From NCBI GenBank assembly GCA_963822445.1, contig CAWGHO010000001.1, forward strand, positions 1,195,967 to 1,259,966: DNA of 64,000 nt. Direction: 5' to 3'. Both the position numbers and the translations under genes were made by a program. The DNA is from an uncultured Acidobacteriota bacterium. GTDB lineage: Bacteria; Acidobacteriota; Thermoanaerobaculia; Gp7-AA8. This document shows positions 51,065-60,641 of the stretch, one piece after another; positions within the stretch are counted from its first letter, which is position 1; every line of letters starts with the position of its first letter. Below the pieces are notes generated by a model, which had not been told where the DNA came from, made no database searches, and saw only the letters and a list, made by a program, of their open reading frames with translations.

Positions 51065-52752
51065 GGACTGGCGACTTCCGACCGGACGATCTCCGGCAGG
51101 ATCGGCGTGAGCATCAACATATTGATCCGTGGATCTCTGGTAAACGGCTGCCGCAGAATCGCGAGCAACTCCGCATGATCGGGATGCGACGGCGAGGTCA
51201 CGTCGGCTTTCGCGAAAACGCTCTCGTCGAACGAGCCGTAATTCGTCAGACGCTGCAGCCAGATGCTGTCGACGCCGAGACGGTCGCCGAGGGCGATGAA
51301 GTCGGGAAGCTCGCGGAAGTTGTCGGCCTGGACGACGAAGTTGATCTGCAGACGGCGGATCTCCCCGGACGCGCGCATCCGCGCGATCAGCTCCAGGTTT
51401 TCCATGAGCACGTTCCACTTGCCGGGGCGGCGCAGCCGCTCGTAGGTCTCGGCCCGGGCGGCGTCGATGGAGATCGAAAGATTGCCGATCATCTCCGGCA
51501 GCTCGGGGAACTCGGCCCATCGCTTCGCGGTGAGCAGCTGCGCGTTCGTGATCAGGAAGACATACAGCCCCGGAAAGTCGTTCCGGTTCAGCGAGGCCAG
51601 GATCTTCCGGTAGTGCGTGCTCGAGAACGCCTCACCGCCGCCGGAGATGTAGGTCATGCCGGTCATTTTGCGCAGGAGCGGGAGCAGCACGCGGTCCGCG
51701 GACTCGAGGTAGACCCGCTGCTCGTCGGGTCCGGCCGTGACGATGCCGGTCCGGCACGACGGGCAGGCCAGGTTGCAGGTCTGGTCGTGATTCATCTCCA
51801 CCATGCCCGGCGACTCTTCGACGACGAGAGTGCGCTCGGCGATGTAGCGGAGCAGAAGGGGATCGGTGACCTCCGTTTTTTTCGGCAGGGAGCGGCCGGC
51901 GATGTACGAGCAGAGCGTGCGGCTGCAGTACTTGAAATCGCCGTCGTGGATGGAGCGCCGGATCTCCACGGCCGCCTCCGAATTCCAGATCGCCTCGGCA
52001 GACGGCGCCTCGACCACGTTGCCGACCGGATAGGGCACCCATGCCGAGCAGGAGCAGGCGAAGGCGTCGCCCCTGAAGCTCGTCGAAAGATGCGTGAACG
52101 GCATCGGGCAGAACCTGTCGCTGAGGTCGTAGGCCGTTTCCGGAACGGCGCGCGCGAGTAACTGCTGCGCGGTCTGACAAACCGCCTGCATCCGCAGTGC
52201 GCGCCGGATGAGCGGCGTTGCTTCGTCCGTTCTGCCGCGATCGAGGAGCAGTTCGGCATGCACCAGCAGCGCTGCACGATCGTCAGGGGCGTGCTCGGCG
52301 ACGGCCGCCGCGACCATCGCGGCATCGCCACCGAACGGCGGTTCCGGCGCAACGTACTCGGCAAGCGCACGAAGGGCAGCCATGCGAACGGAAATGTCGA
52401 CGTAGGACTGCATCCCCGCGGGGCGGAAGCTCGCCTTGGCGATGTGCGAGATCGCGATGAGCGAGTCTAAAAACGCCTTGCGCGCAGTGCCGTCGCCGCT
52501 CGTGACGGAGGACGCCAGCGCGCGGAGCCGCACGGCTTCGAAGGCCAGGAGGCGCATTGCCTGGACCGGCGCGCCGCTGCGTGACTCGAAGTGCATGAAC
52601 GCGCCGCGGATCGTTTTCAGCGCAGCGCGTCCTCTGCGCCAGGCCATCGTGGACGCGACTTCGTACCTGACCCGTCCGGCGATCTCCCTCATCAGGAGCC
52701 GGGTGGGGGCGGGGATGAGCCGGGTCGCGACACGCCGGACGGAGGTGGTCAT
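50998..52752 (-). CDS. Radical SAM enzyme with an N-terminal helical/TPR-like region and a Cys-rich pre-domain (paralogue 2)
   Basis: CNLACPSCR radical SAM triad, preceded by FCPMPF…CSCSAWVP…YCSRTLC. Overlaps the downstream methyltransferase start by 67 bp. Confidence 0.7.
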   Translation of the reverse strand: MTTSVRRVATRLIPAPTRLLMREIAGRVRYEVASTMAWRRGRAALKTIRGAFMHFESRSGAPVQAMRLLAFEAVRLRALASSVTSGDGTARKAFLDSLIAISHIAKASFRPAGMQSYVDISVRMAALRALAEYVAPEPPFGGDAAMVAAAVAEHAPDDRAALLVHAELLLDRGRTDEATPLIRRALRMQAVCQTAQQLLARAVPETAYDLSDRFCPMPFTHLSTSFRGDAFACSCSAWVPYPVGNVVEAPSAEAIWNSEAAVEIRRSIHDGDFKYCSRTLCSYIAGRSLPKKTEVTDPLLLRYIAERTLVVEESPGMVEMNHDQTCNLACPSCRTGIVTAGPDEQRVYLESADRVLLPLLRKMTGMTYISGGGEAFSSTHYRKILASLNRNDFPGLYVFLITNAQLLTAKRWAEFPELPEMIGNLSISIDAARAETYERLRRPGKWNVLMENLELIARMRASGEIRRLQINFVVQADNFRELPDFIALGDRLGVDSIWLQRLTNYGSFDESVFAKADVTSPSHPDHAELLAILRQPFTRDPRINMLMLTPILPEIVRSEVASPWLLISPRSEVAQMGPRTIIGA

Positions 52753-54551
52753 GCGCTGCGAGCCTCGAGCTGCGTGAGGAACGCCGTCATGACCCGCGGA
52801 TTCCGCATGGCCGGGTCGTGCAGGATGGCTTGAAACTCCTCGTGATCCGGATGTGCCGGCGAGGTGATGTCTCTCGATGCGAAGACTTCCGCTGGTTCGT
52901 GTCCGAAGCTGTAGTACTTCTGAAAAACGACGCCGGCGCCGAGCTCCTCGCCGAGCTGGACGAAGGCCGGCATCTCCCGGAAGTTGTCGCTCTGCACGAC
53001 GAAGTTGATCAGGAACCGATACGGCTGCTCGGTGTCGAGATGCAGATCGGTGCTGACGGATCGCGTCCCGTCAGCGAGCGAGTTGCGGTTGAACGTCCCG
53101 GTGCGATGCAGCTCCCCCATCAGGTCGAGGTTCTCGCGAATGACTTCCCAGCGTCCGGGGCGGCGCACGTTCTCGTAGGTCGGTTTCGTTGCCGCATCGA
53201 CCGAGACCCGCAGCTCGACAATCTTTTCGGCGAGATGCGGCATCGCCTTCCACGTCTGCGGGGTGAGGCCCAGGCCGTTGGTCAGCATGAACAGACGCAC
53301 GCCGTCGAACTCCGGCGCGCGCAGAGCTTCGAGGATCGACCGGTAATGGCGGCTGGCGAACGGATCGCCCCAGGACGTCATCTGCACGGCGGTCTGCCGG
53401 TTGCGCAGCATCGGCAGAATGACCCGGTCGCGGCCGCGATCCAGCCGCTCGCTCTCCTCTTTGTTGGCCATCATCAGATCGTTGCGACAGGTCGGGCAGG
53501 CGAGGTTGCACGAGCTGTCGTGGCCGAGGGCGACGATGCGTGGGCCGTCTTCAACGACGGTCTCGCGATTGTCGATGATGCGGCGCAGACGCGGCGCCGT
53601 GATTTCTTCGGCGCGTGGCAGCAGGCCGTTCGTGATGAAGGGGCACAGCGTCCGGCTGCAGTAGGAGAAATCGCCGTCGAGCACGGACCGCCGCACTTCC
53701 TGCATGCCGGGCGAGTTCCAGACGGCATCCGCCGATTCGCCTTCCAGCATGTTGCCGGTGACGGCCGGCACCCACGCGGCGCAATCGCAGGCGTAGGTCG
53801 AGCCCATCACCTGCTCGGTCGTGCCTTTTGCTTCGTTCCATTGCAGGCCCTGCCCGCTGACGAGGATTTCGAACGGCCGCGGGCAGAAACGGCCGCGAAG
53901 ATCGGCCAGGCCGTTCTCTTCCGTCGGAGTGAGCGTTGCGCCGGCGTTCCGCCGTGCGCGCAATGCGTCCATGAGGAGTTTCTGCGACGTGGGACAGGCG
54001 GACATGATGTCGAGTGCGCGACGCGCGTACGTGGCCGCGTCGTCATGCCGTACGGCGTCCAGCATGCGCCGGCCGGCGGCGAGGAGCGCTTCGCGTCCGC
54101 TTCCGCCCGCGTTCGCAAGGCGCATCGCAACATCCATCTCGTCCAGCGACAGCTCCTCCGCGATCGACCGCAGAAGAGCGTCGAAAACGGCCAGGGTCGC
54201 ATTGATGTCGCAGTACGCGCGGACCCTGGTGCCTTTCGTGGTGATCGCGGCGCAGAACGTCAGCTCGTCGAGTGCGTGAGAAAGCTGGTACGCGAACCGG
54301 CTCTCGTCGAGCACCGCTGGCCCCTTTTCGAGCCCGGCCAGGGCCGCCGACAGTCGCGGCGCGACCCTTTCGAGAACTTCGCTGACGTGCGCGGGGCCGC
54401 GTTCACTGACCAGCAGCGATGCGACGTTCTTCTTCAGCCACGACCCCGACCGGCGCCGCCATGCGGGCGTCCGGAGCAGACGCGTACCACGCACAGCCAG
54501 GTTCCAATATTGGCGCATGAACGACGAATCATACCGTGCGCGTGCGCTCAT
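52749..54551 (-). CDS. Radical SAM enzyme, paralogue 1 of the downstream gene
   Basis: CNLACPTCR triad plus the same Cys-rich pre-domain (FCPRPF…CDCAAWVP…YCSRTLC). Co-linear similarity to 50998..52752 across the whole catalytic region. ATGA-type overlap with it. Confidence 0.7.
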   Translation of the reverse strand: MSARARYDSSFMRQYWNLAVRGTRLLRTPAWRRRSGSWLKKNVASLLVSERGPAHVSEVLERVAPRLSAALAGLEKGPAVLDESRFAYQLSHALDELTFCAAITTKGTRVRAYCDINATLAVFDALLRSIAEELSLDEMDVAMRLANAGGSGREALLAAGRRMLDAVRHDDAATYARRALDIMSACPTSQKLLMDALRARRNAGATLTPTEENGLADLRGRFCPRPFEILVSGQGLQWNEAKGTTEQVMGSTYACDCAAWVPAVTGNMLEGESADAVWNSPGMQEVRRSVLDGDFSYCSRTLCPFITNGLLPRAEEITAPRLRRIIDNRETVVEDGPRIVALGHDSSCNLACPTCRNDLMMANKEESERLDRGRDRVILPMLRNRQTAVQMTSWGDPFASRHYRSILEALRAPEFDGVRLFMLTNGLGLTPQTWKAMPHLAEKIVELRVSVDAATKPTYENVRRPGRWEVIRENLDLMGELHRTGTFNRNSLADGTRSVSTDLHLDTEQPYRFLINFVVQSDNFREMPAFVQLGEELGAGVVFQKYYSFGHEPAEVFASRDITSPAHPDHEEFQAILHDPAMRNPRVMTAFLTQLEARSA

Positions 54552-55135
54552 GCGACCCGCCTGAGGTAGCCGTCGACGTTCCAGGTCACGTTGTGCCCGT
54601 AGTAATCGCAGAACGTGCGATCGATCTCGTATCGCCCGCCTGAGCGCGCGAGAAACTCATGGATCGCGCGAAGCGGCCCGCCGTCGTATGTCTCTGCAAC
54701 GCGCATGGCCGTGAGGATGCCGTCCTCGATCACGATGTACTCGCCCGGCCGCAGCCAGCGATCGAAGAAATCGAGCACGGCCGTGGTGGTGCCGGCGAGA
54801 TGGCTGGAGTCCTCGACCACGAGAAGCGGCCGCGCGAACGACTCCATCACATCCGGAGTCAGCACGTCGCCGAGACGTTGTGCATCGCCTCGAAGAAATC
54901 GCGCGGATGGATGCGACACGTCTGTCGGCGTCTCGAGGTCGATCGATAGCACCTGCAGGCCAGGCCGCTGGTCGGCGAACCAGAGCGCGCTCCCGCCGGC
55001 GTGCGTGCCGATCTCGATGAGCGTTGCCGGCCGCGCGCGCTCGAGCAGCATCGCGTAGAGCGCGAGATCGAACGGATTCTTCAGCATCGGAACGCCGCGG
55101 TAGCGGTAGCTCATCGTGCCCTGCTGAATCTTCAT
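54548..55135 (-). CDS. CmcI / 'cephalosporin hydroxylase'-family class I methyltransferase
   Basis: NPFDLALYAMLLERARPATLIEIGTHAGGSALWFA…LVVEDSSH matches the CmcI-family methyltransferase fold. Start set at MKIQQ; the upstream part of the tool's ORF is low-complexity. Confidence 0.6.
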   Translation of the reverse strand: MKIQQGTMSYRYRGVPMLKNPFDLALYAMLLERARPATLIEIGTHAGGSALWFADQRPGLQVLSIDLETPTDVSHPSARFLRGDAQRLGDVLTPDVMESFARPLLVVEDSSHLAGTTTAVLDFFDRWLRPGEYIVIEDGILTAMRVAETYDGGPLRAIHEFLARSGGRYEIDRTFCDYYGHNVTWNVDGYLRRVA

Positions 55136-55158
55136 CAGCAGCTCGTAGGGAATGTCGG

Positions 55159-56601
55159 TCACGACGGCAGCATCTCCAGGAAATGCGCTTTCGCCGAGAC
55201 GAGCAGATCGCGCTTTCGGCCGCTGAAGCGCGCGGCGGCGCGATCCATCAGCGCGCTGCGCTCGTCGACGGTGAGGCTGGCGACACTGTGGCGACGCAGC
55301 ACCGACGGCGGAATCGCCTTCGTGTTCAGGAACACCGCGGAGTTCACCTCCGTGTCGCAGACATACTCGAAGTAATCGGCGTACAGCTCCATCGTCACGT
55401 GCAGCCAGGCCACCCAGTGATGGTAGAGATAGTCCTGCTGCACGACCAGCGAGCGGCCGGGGATGAGGTGCGGGAAGAACTGCCAGGTCACCCAGTCCGA
55501 GACCGTCCAGTGCTTGGCGATGTCGATGAAGAGAATCTCGATCGGCCCGCCGGTCCACTGCTGATCCATCACATCGCCGGCGTGCACTTCCACGAGGTCG
55601 GCGTACGGAGCGATGTTGCTGTCGAACTGCTCGCGGACGCTCGTTCCCGCCGCGACGTGCTCCGGAAAGTACACGCCTCGCATCCACTCCTCGACCTCGA
55701 ACCGGTCGTACGAGTGGATCGGCTTACCGCTTGCGGGGCGGGTCCAGCGGCGATTGCGACGCAGGCCCTCGGCGAGGGCGACTGTCGATCCGCCGAGGAA
55801 CGCGCCGGCGTCGACGATCGCGCCGGCGCCGGTGTAGACGTCCTGGGCCAGGTAATTCAGCAGCCGAAGCTCGGCGGGAACCAGCATCGTCGGCACGTTC
55901 GTGCAGGCCGCCGGCAGCGGCTGCCGGCGCCACTTCGCGCCGATGCTCTCGGTCGTGTGCGGAACGCGGAAGACGGCCTGCACCGTGTTCGCGTTCTTCA
56001 GCACCTTCGGCTCGGTGCGGTTCCAGAGGCGCGTCATCAGGAAAGCGATCAGCCACGCCGCGGCCTTGCGCAGCCTGCCGCCTTTTTCGCGCGCGTACTC
56101 CCAGAGGATCCAGCCGAGCGTCTGCGCGATCGAGTGCACCGGCAGCAGCTCGACGACTTCCAGCCCGGCGTTGCTCCCGAGCTGCGCCAATCCGTCGGCG
56201 GTGTAGCGCCGGTAATCGTCGGGCGAGGCGTGATACGGCTGCAGGAACGGCACCGTCACGACGAGGTACCCGCCCTTGCGCACCACGCGCGCGAGCTCCT
56301 CGATCCCGCGCTCGGCATCGAAGACGTGCTCGAGGACCGCGTTGCAAAGCGCGGAGTCGAAGCTCCCGTCGGCGAACGGCATCGACTCGATCGGCCCGAG
56401 GATCACGTCTGGCTCCGTCGAGGCGATGTCGTAGCGGGTCAGCTCCGTCACGCCGTGCGCGCGCAGGAAGGCCGTGATGTCGCGCATGCCGCAGCCCGCG
56501 TTCAGCATCCGCCCGGAGAGATAGCGCGCGACCGGCTTCAGCTCCTGTTCGAGAGATTGAAAGTGGATCGGGCTGACGAAGGAAAGCTTCAAGAAGGGCA
56601 C
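55159..56601 (-). CDS. Class I SAM-dependent methyltransferase (Methyltransf_11-like) with a large C-terminal domain of unknown function
   Basis: LNAGCGMRDIT (motif I) and FDSALCNAVLEHV (motif II region). The roughly 250-aa C-terminal extension has a second Rossmann-like GxG (IVDAGAFLGGST). Confidence 0.65.
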   Translation of the reverse strand: MPFLKLSFVSPIHFQSLEQELKPVARYLSGRMLNAGCGMRDITAFLRAHGVTELTRYDIASTEPDVILGPIESMPFADGSFDSALCNAVLEHVFDAERGIEELARVVRKGGYLVVTVPFLQPYHASPDDYRRYTADGLAQLGSNAGLEVVELLPVHSIAQTLGWILWEYAREKGGRLRKAAAWLIAFLMTRLWNRTEPKVLKNANTVQAVFRVPHTTESIGAKWRRQPLPAACTNVPTMLVPAELRLLNYLAQDVYTGAGAIVDAGAFLGGSTVALAEGLRRNRRWTRPASGKPIHSYDRFEVEEWMRGVYFPEHVAAGTSVREQFDSNIAPYADLVEVHAGDVMDQQWTGGPIEILFIDIAKHWTVSDWVTWQFFPHLIPGRSLVVQQDYLYHHWVAWLHVTMELYADYFEYVCDTEVNSAVFLNTKAIPPSVLRRHSVASLTVDERSALMDRAAARFSGRKRDLLVSAKAHFLEMLPS

Positions 56602-56607
56602 CGGCGA

Positions 56608-57819
56608 TTATGGCATGTGGCGGATGACCGCCGAAATGTCGGCCAGGCCGACGTAATGGCGCGGCACGGAGACGGTGAGATGCAGCACGTGGACGCGCGT
56701 GTCGAGGACGCTGATCGCGCCGCCCGCCAGCTCGAAGGCCGAGACGTCGATGAAGACGTCGCCCACGCCGACGTCCAGGCGGAACGACACCTCGACGCGG
56801 CGCCGCTCCCCCGCGAACGCGGGCACTGCCGCGACGCCGAGCATGACCGTGGTGGTCATGTAGATGCGCGTTCCTTCTTTCGTCGAGCAGGCGAAGCCGA
56901 ACTGAGGCGCTTCGACGTCGCGGGAGAAGTCGACGTCGAACACGAGCCGCGCCGTCTCGCCGGCGGTGAACGACGTCGCTTCCTGCGAGCCGTTGCGGTA
57001 GGCCACGACGTGCGAGATCGTCGCGCCGCCCAGACCATACCGGGGCTCGCCGCCGATGGCCGTCGTCCGCTCAGGTTGCTCCGGCGCGGAGAAGAAAAGC
57101 TCGTAGTAACGGTCGACGGCGCGGCCCGGCTCGCCGTCGAAGGCGATGCGGCCATGGTCGAGCACCAGCGCGCGATCGCAGATCGCGGTCAGGCCATGCA
57201 TCACGTGGGTGACCAGCAGGATGGTCGTGCCGCGTTCGCGCATCTCGCGCAAACGGCCGTAGCACTTCTGCTGGAATCGCGCATCGCCAACAGCCAGCAC
57301 TTCGTCGATCAGCAGAATGTCAGGCTCCTCGGCCGCCGCGCACGCAAACGCGAGCCGCAGGAACATGCCCGACGAGTACGTGCGCACCGGACGATCGAAA
57401 AACTCGCCGAGCTCGGCGAAGGCCTCCACCTCTCGCTCGCGAGCCAGCGGATCGCCCTCATCACGCGCGATGAGCCGATGATAGAAACGCGCGTTCTCGC
57501 GGCCGGTCAGCTCGGGAAGAAAGCTCCCGCCGAGGTCGAGCAGCGCCGTGACGCGGCCATCCACGGTGACGCGACCCGACGATGGATCCAGCAGTCCCGC
57601 GACCAGATGCAACAGCGTCGATTTGCCGACGCCGTTGGCGCCGATGACGGCCACGCTCTCCCCGCGGCTCACCGAGAAACTGACGTCGTCGAGCACCGGG
57701 ACCGCGACGTCGTGCCGCCGCCCGAACGGCCAGAAGATGTCGAACAGGCGATGAATCGGCGAGCGGTAATGGCGGAACTGCTTCGACACCTGGTCGAACT
57801 GCAACGCGATCCCGGTCAT
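56608..57819 (-). CDS. Wzt-type ABC transporter ATP-binding protein with a C-terminal glycan-binding domain
   Basis: Walker A GANGVGKST, signature SSGMFLRLAF, Walker B ILLIDE, and a ~150-aa C-terminal beta-sandwich extension. Start at MTGIAL with an ATGA overlap. Confidence 0.8.
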   Translation of the reverse strand: MTGIALQFDQVSKQFRHYRSPIHRLFDIFWPFGRRHDVAVPVLDDVSFSVSRGESVAVIGANGVGKSTLLHLVAGLLDPSSGRVTVDGRVTALLDLGGSFLPELTGRENARFYHRLIARDEGDPLAREREVEAFAELGEFFDRPVRTYSSGMFLRLAFACAAAEEPDILLIDEVLAVGDARFQQKCYGRLREMRERGTTILLVTHVMHGLTAICDRALVLDHGRIAFDGEPGRAVDRYYELFFSAPEQPERTTAIGGEPRYGLGGATISHVVAYRNGSQEATSFTAGETARLVFDVDFSRDVEAPQFGFACSTKEGTRIYMTTTVMLGVAAVPAFAGERRRVEVSFRLDVGVGDVFIDVSAFELAGGAISVLDTRVHVLHLTVSVPRHYVGLADISAVIRHMP

Positions 57820-60641
57820 CGCCGCACCCATGTGCGCAGCCGTCTGAGCGCCCATCGCGCCGCGCGCAGCGCGAACGTGAAGCCGGAGTCGACCGCCGCG
57901 ACGGCGAGTGTCTTCCCCCATCCGCTCGGCGAGTGACGTGCTGCGGCGTCGTAGCCGGCGGCGAGGATGTAGTAGCGATCGTTGGCCGACGTTTCACCGT
58001 ATGGCGCGATGCGCGCGGGAAGCGAGCTGCGGACGTCGATGGAAACCGTTTGCGGCCGTTCGACGACCGGCTCGGGATAGGGCCAGATGCGCTCGCCGCG
58101 CGTGACGCAGAAGTCTGCGAGGCCGAGGAAGGGAGATTCGATCGCCAGCGCGCGGCCTTCAATCGCACGTTGAAACATCTCGCGACGCACGATGAGCGCG
58201 CCGCCGGACGTGACGCCATCGAGAAGACTCACCGCGACGCTGCCGCCGAGCGGCGGAACGACACGGATCCCGAAGTTGCCGGTGATGCTGCCCGCGGGCA
58301 CGAGGCCATCGACGTGCGCGCGGCCGAGGGCGTCGAGCATTGGCGTGAATGCTTCGGGGAGCAGCGCCACGCCGGAGTGAATCAGCAACACCGCATCCTG
58401 GGCGATGCCCGCGAGCTCCGTCGCGATGGCGTCGTTCTCGGCCGAGAGGAGATCGATGTTCTCGTGGCGCAAGGGCTCGCCGCCGCGGTTGAGGATGATC
58501 ACGCGATGAATCTGCGGGCAGGCCCACAGCGACTCGAGCGTGCGCGCGAGCGGGGCGCCGGCGGGATGATCGACGATCGCCGTGACGCTCGAGGCAGGTG
58601 ATTCCGCATCGACCGCGCCCGGAAGGAGCTCCTGCCAGTGGGCGTGCATCTCCTTCCAGCTCCGTCGCGTCTCTTCCATTGACACAGCTGGACGCGCGAT
58701 CCATCCGCCGTGCTCGATCGCACCCTCGAGCGCTTTGCGCAGCGCTTCGGTCGTGTGTTCAAAGAGCACGTGCTCGCGGTCAGCCTTCTCCACCAGCTCG
58801 GGGATGCCGCCGGTGCGTGCCGCGAGAAAGGGGATTCCCGCGCCGAGAGTCTCGTAAATCGTGCAGGGCGAGTTGTCGAACGGCGACGGCATGACCGCGA
58901 GCTTCTCCCCTTCCCGCAGGTACTGCAGCGCCTCGGGCTGCCCGAGATCCGTGATCGTCCGAACGGGGAAGCTCCACGCCGCGGCGCGTTTCGCGATGTA
59001 CTCGAGGCTGGGCATGCCGGCGCAGATCTGCGGCTTGCCGAGGAATGTGACGGTGATCCCGCGTCGCGCGAGCTCATCGGCCATCGCGTTCACGGCATTG
59101 CAGAAGAGGCGCAGACCTTTGCGTTCTTCGAGGCGTCCGAAGAAAACGATTTCCTTCGGCGGCGCGGTGCGGCCACGCTCAACATCAGACGCGGGCGCTC
59201 CCGGCATCACGTACTGCTGGATGTAGGTCTGCCGCGGCAGCTCGAAACCGCGCGAGGTGACCCAGTCCAGCAGGTAGCGGCTCGGACTCCAGAGCACATC
59301 GGCACAGGCGAGGCTGAGCCGCTCCGCGTAATCGAATGCCGCGCAGGTACGCGTTGCCGGCAGGAAGTGGTTGAGGTCGAAAACCCATCGCGACGGGCTG
59401 TGAAGCGCGACCACGAGCAGCGAATCACCGAACGCGAGGCCGAGCGCCTTCGCGGCGAGGGTTAGGCTTCCATCACCGCAACAGTCATTGAAGTGGATGA
59501 CGTCGAAGCGGCGCTCGCGCAGCCGCTGGTAGACGAGCCAGGGCGTGACGAAGCCGATTTCCTTGAGCGGCCCGTCGATCGTCTTCGTCTCCTCGATCGA
59601 CAGCGCGATCAGCTCGATGCCCCGCGCGGCGTAATGCTTCACCCACGGCGCCAGCCGCACCTCCGGCTGCCAGATCGCGCCTGTGTACAGCACCGTCACC
59701 GCGAAACCGTCGGCCCCGAGCATCTCCGCGAGACCGGTCATCGACGTACCGACACCGCCGTTGTTGAACGGTCCGATCAGCTCGTTCGTGACGATGCAGA
59801 TGGAAGGCCGGGAGGGCGCGTCGCGGTAGGTGCGATCGCGCAGCGACGGGTAATCAGCCCGCGCGCGCAACTGCACGTCGATTCCCGAGATCGGCAGGCC
59901 GGCCACATGCGGCGGAAGCTGCCAGGCCACGTCGGGATCGGGCACGTGCGCGACCGGTGTGACGTCGCCGCGCCAGGCCATGGCCATGATCTGCGCCGTT
60001 TGATACACGACGACGTTGAAGCCTTTTTCCTTCAGGAATCGCAGCGCCGCCGTCACCGCCGGCGAAGCGAGATCGTGAAAAACGAACGCACAATCCTCGG
60101 CTGCATACGACAGCGCGGCCGCGGTATCGCGCAGCGGCGCGGGCGATTCGTGATCGCCGTCGATGAAGAACAGGCTCCAGCGCTGGTTCAACTCCGCGAT
60201 GGACTCCGGGCTGCGGCCGCGCACGAGGTTCACCCGCTCGGCGACGCCGCAGCCGCGCAGTGAGTCTTCCACCGAGGCGCGGATGATCGGGTCTTCGTGC
60301 GCGGGATCGATCACGTCGAGCTGAACGCCGGCCATGGCAAGGTGGCACGTCGACCATCCGAGCCAGCTCCCGATCTCCAGCGCGCGTTTGCCGGCGAACT
60401 GCAGGGCGATGTTGTGCAGCAGGACCGCTTCATCGCGGTTGAGGAAGCCCATGAGCGGGAAGCGTTCGTCGGCATACCAGCGGTGGGGCACGTCGCGGCG
60501 AAGGTACTTCCAGGGATGGTGCAGCGGATCGCCCGGCCGCATGTGCGGGAAGGCGTCGTCGAGCCGCACGACGCTCAGCCCCGGGGAGATGTAGTCGTAG
60601 AGCGACCAGGTCGCCTCGTCGGTCGGCGTGGTTAGAGGCAT
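57816..60641 (-). CDS. Fused methyltransferase (Methyltransf_24-like) - GT4 glycosyltransferase - GT2-like glycosyltransferase
   Basis: Start at MPLTTPTDE; the tool's 214-aa N-terminal extension is an alternate-frame overlap of wzm. Methyltransferase ALEIGSWLGWST…FIDGDH. GT4 GGVGTSMTG…FFGRLEERKG…GIPFLAARTGGIPE. C-terminal GT2-like region. Confidence 0.7.
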   Translation of the reverse strand: MPLTTPTDEATWSLYDYISPGLSVVRLDDAFPHMRPGDPLHHPWKYLRRDVPHRWYADERFPLMGFLNRDEAVLLHNIALQFAGKRALEIGSWLGWSTCHLAMAGVQLDVIDPAHEDPIIRASVEDSLRGCGVAERVNLVRGRSPESIAELNQRWSLFFIDGDHESPAPLRDTAAALSYAAEDCAFVFHDLASPAVTAALRFLKEKGFNVVVYQTAQIMAMAWRGDVTPVAHVPDPDVAWQLPPHVAGLPISGIDVQLRARADYPSLRDRTYRDAPSRPSICIVTNELIGPFNNGGVGTSMTGLAEMLGADGFAVTVLYTGAIWQPEVRLAPWVKHYAARGIELIALSIEETKTIDGPLKEIGFVTPWLVYQRLRERRFDVIHFNDCCGDGSLTLAAKALGLAFGDSLLVVALHSPSRWVFDLNHFLPATRTCAAFDYAERLSLACADVLWSPSRYLLDWVTSRGFELPRQTYIQQYVMPGAPASDVERGRTAPPKEIVFFGRLEERKGLRLFCNAVNAMADELARRGITVTFLGKPQICAGMPSLEYIAKRAAAWSFPVRTITDLGQPEALQYLREGEKLAVMPSPFDNSPCTIYETLGAGIPFLAARTGGIPELVEKADREHVLFEHTTEALRKALEGAIEHGGWIARPAVSMEETRRSWKEMHAHWQELLPGAVDAESPASSVTAIVDHPAGAPLARTLESLWACPQIHRVIILNRGGEPLRHENIDLLSAENDAIATELAGIAQDAVLLIHSGVALLPEAFTPMLDALGRAHVDGLVPAGSITGNFGIRVVPPLGGSVAVSLLDGVTSGGALIVRREMFQRAIEGRALAIESPFLGLADFCVTRGERIWPYPEPVVERPQTVSIDVRSSLPARIAPYGETSANDRYYILAAGYDAAARHSPSGWGKTLAVAAVDSGFTFALRAARWALRRLRTWVRR

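Noticed and set aside
55024-57936. 970-aa plus-strand ORF
   Set aside because: Antisense to the methyltransferase and Wzt genes; low-complexity R/A/E-rich.
57933-59465. Plus-strand ORFs of 222-251 aa inside the methyltransferase-GT4-GT2 gene
   Set aside because: Antisense frames, R/D/E-rich, with no domain signal.
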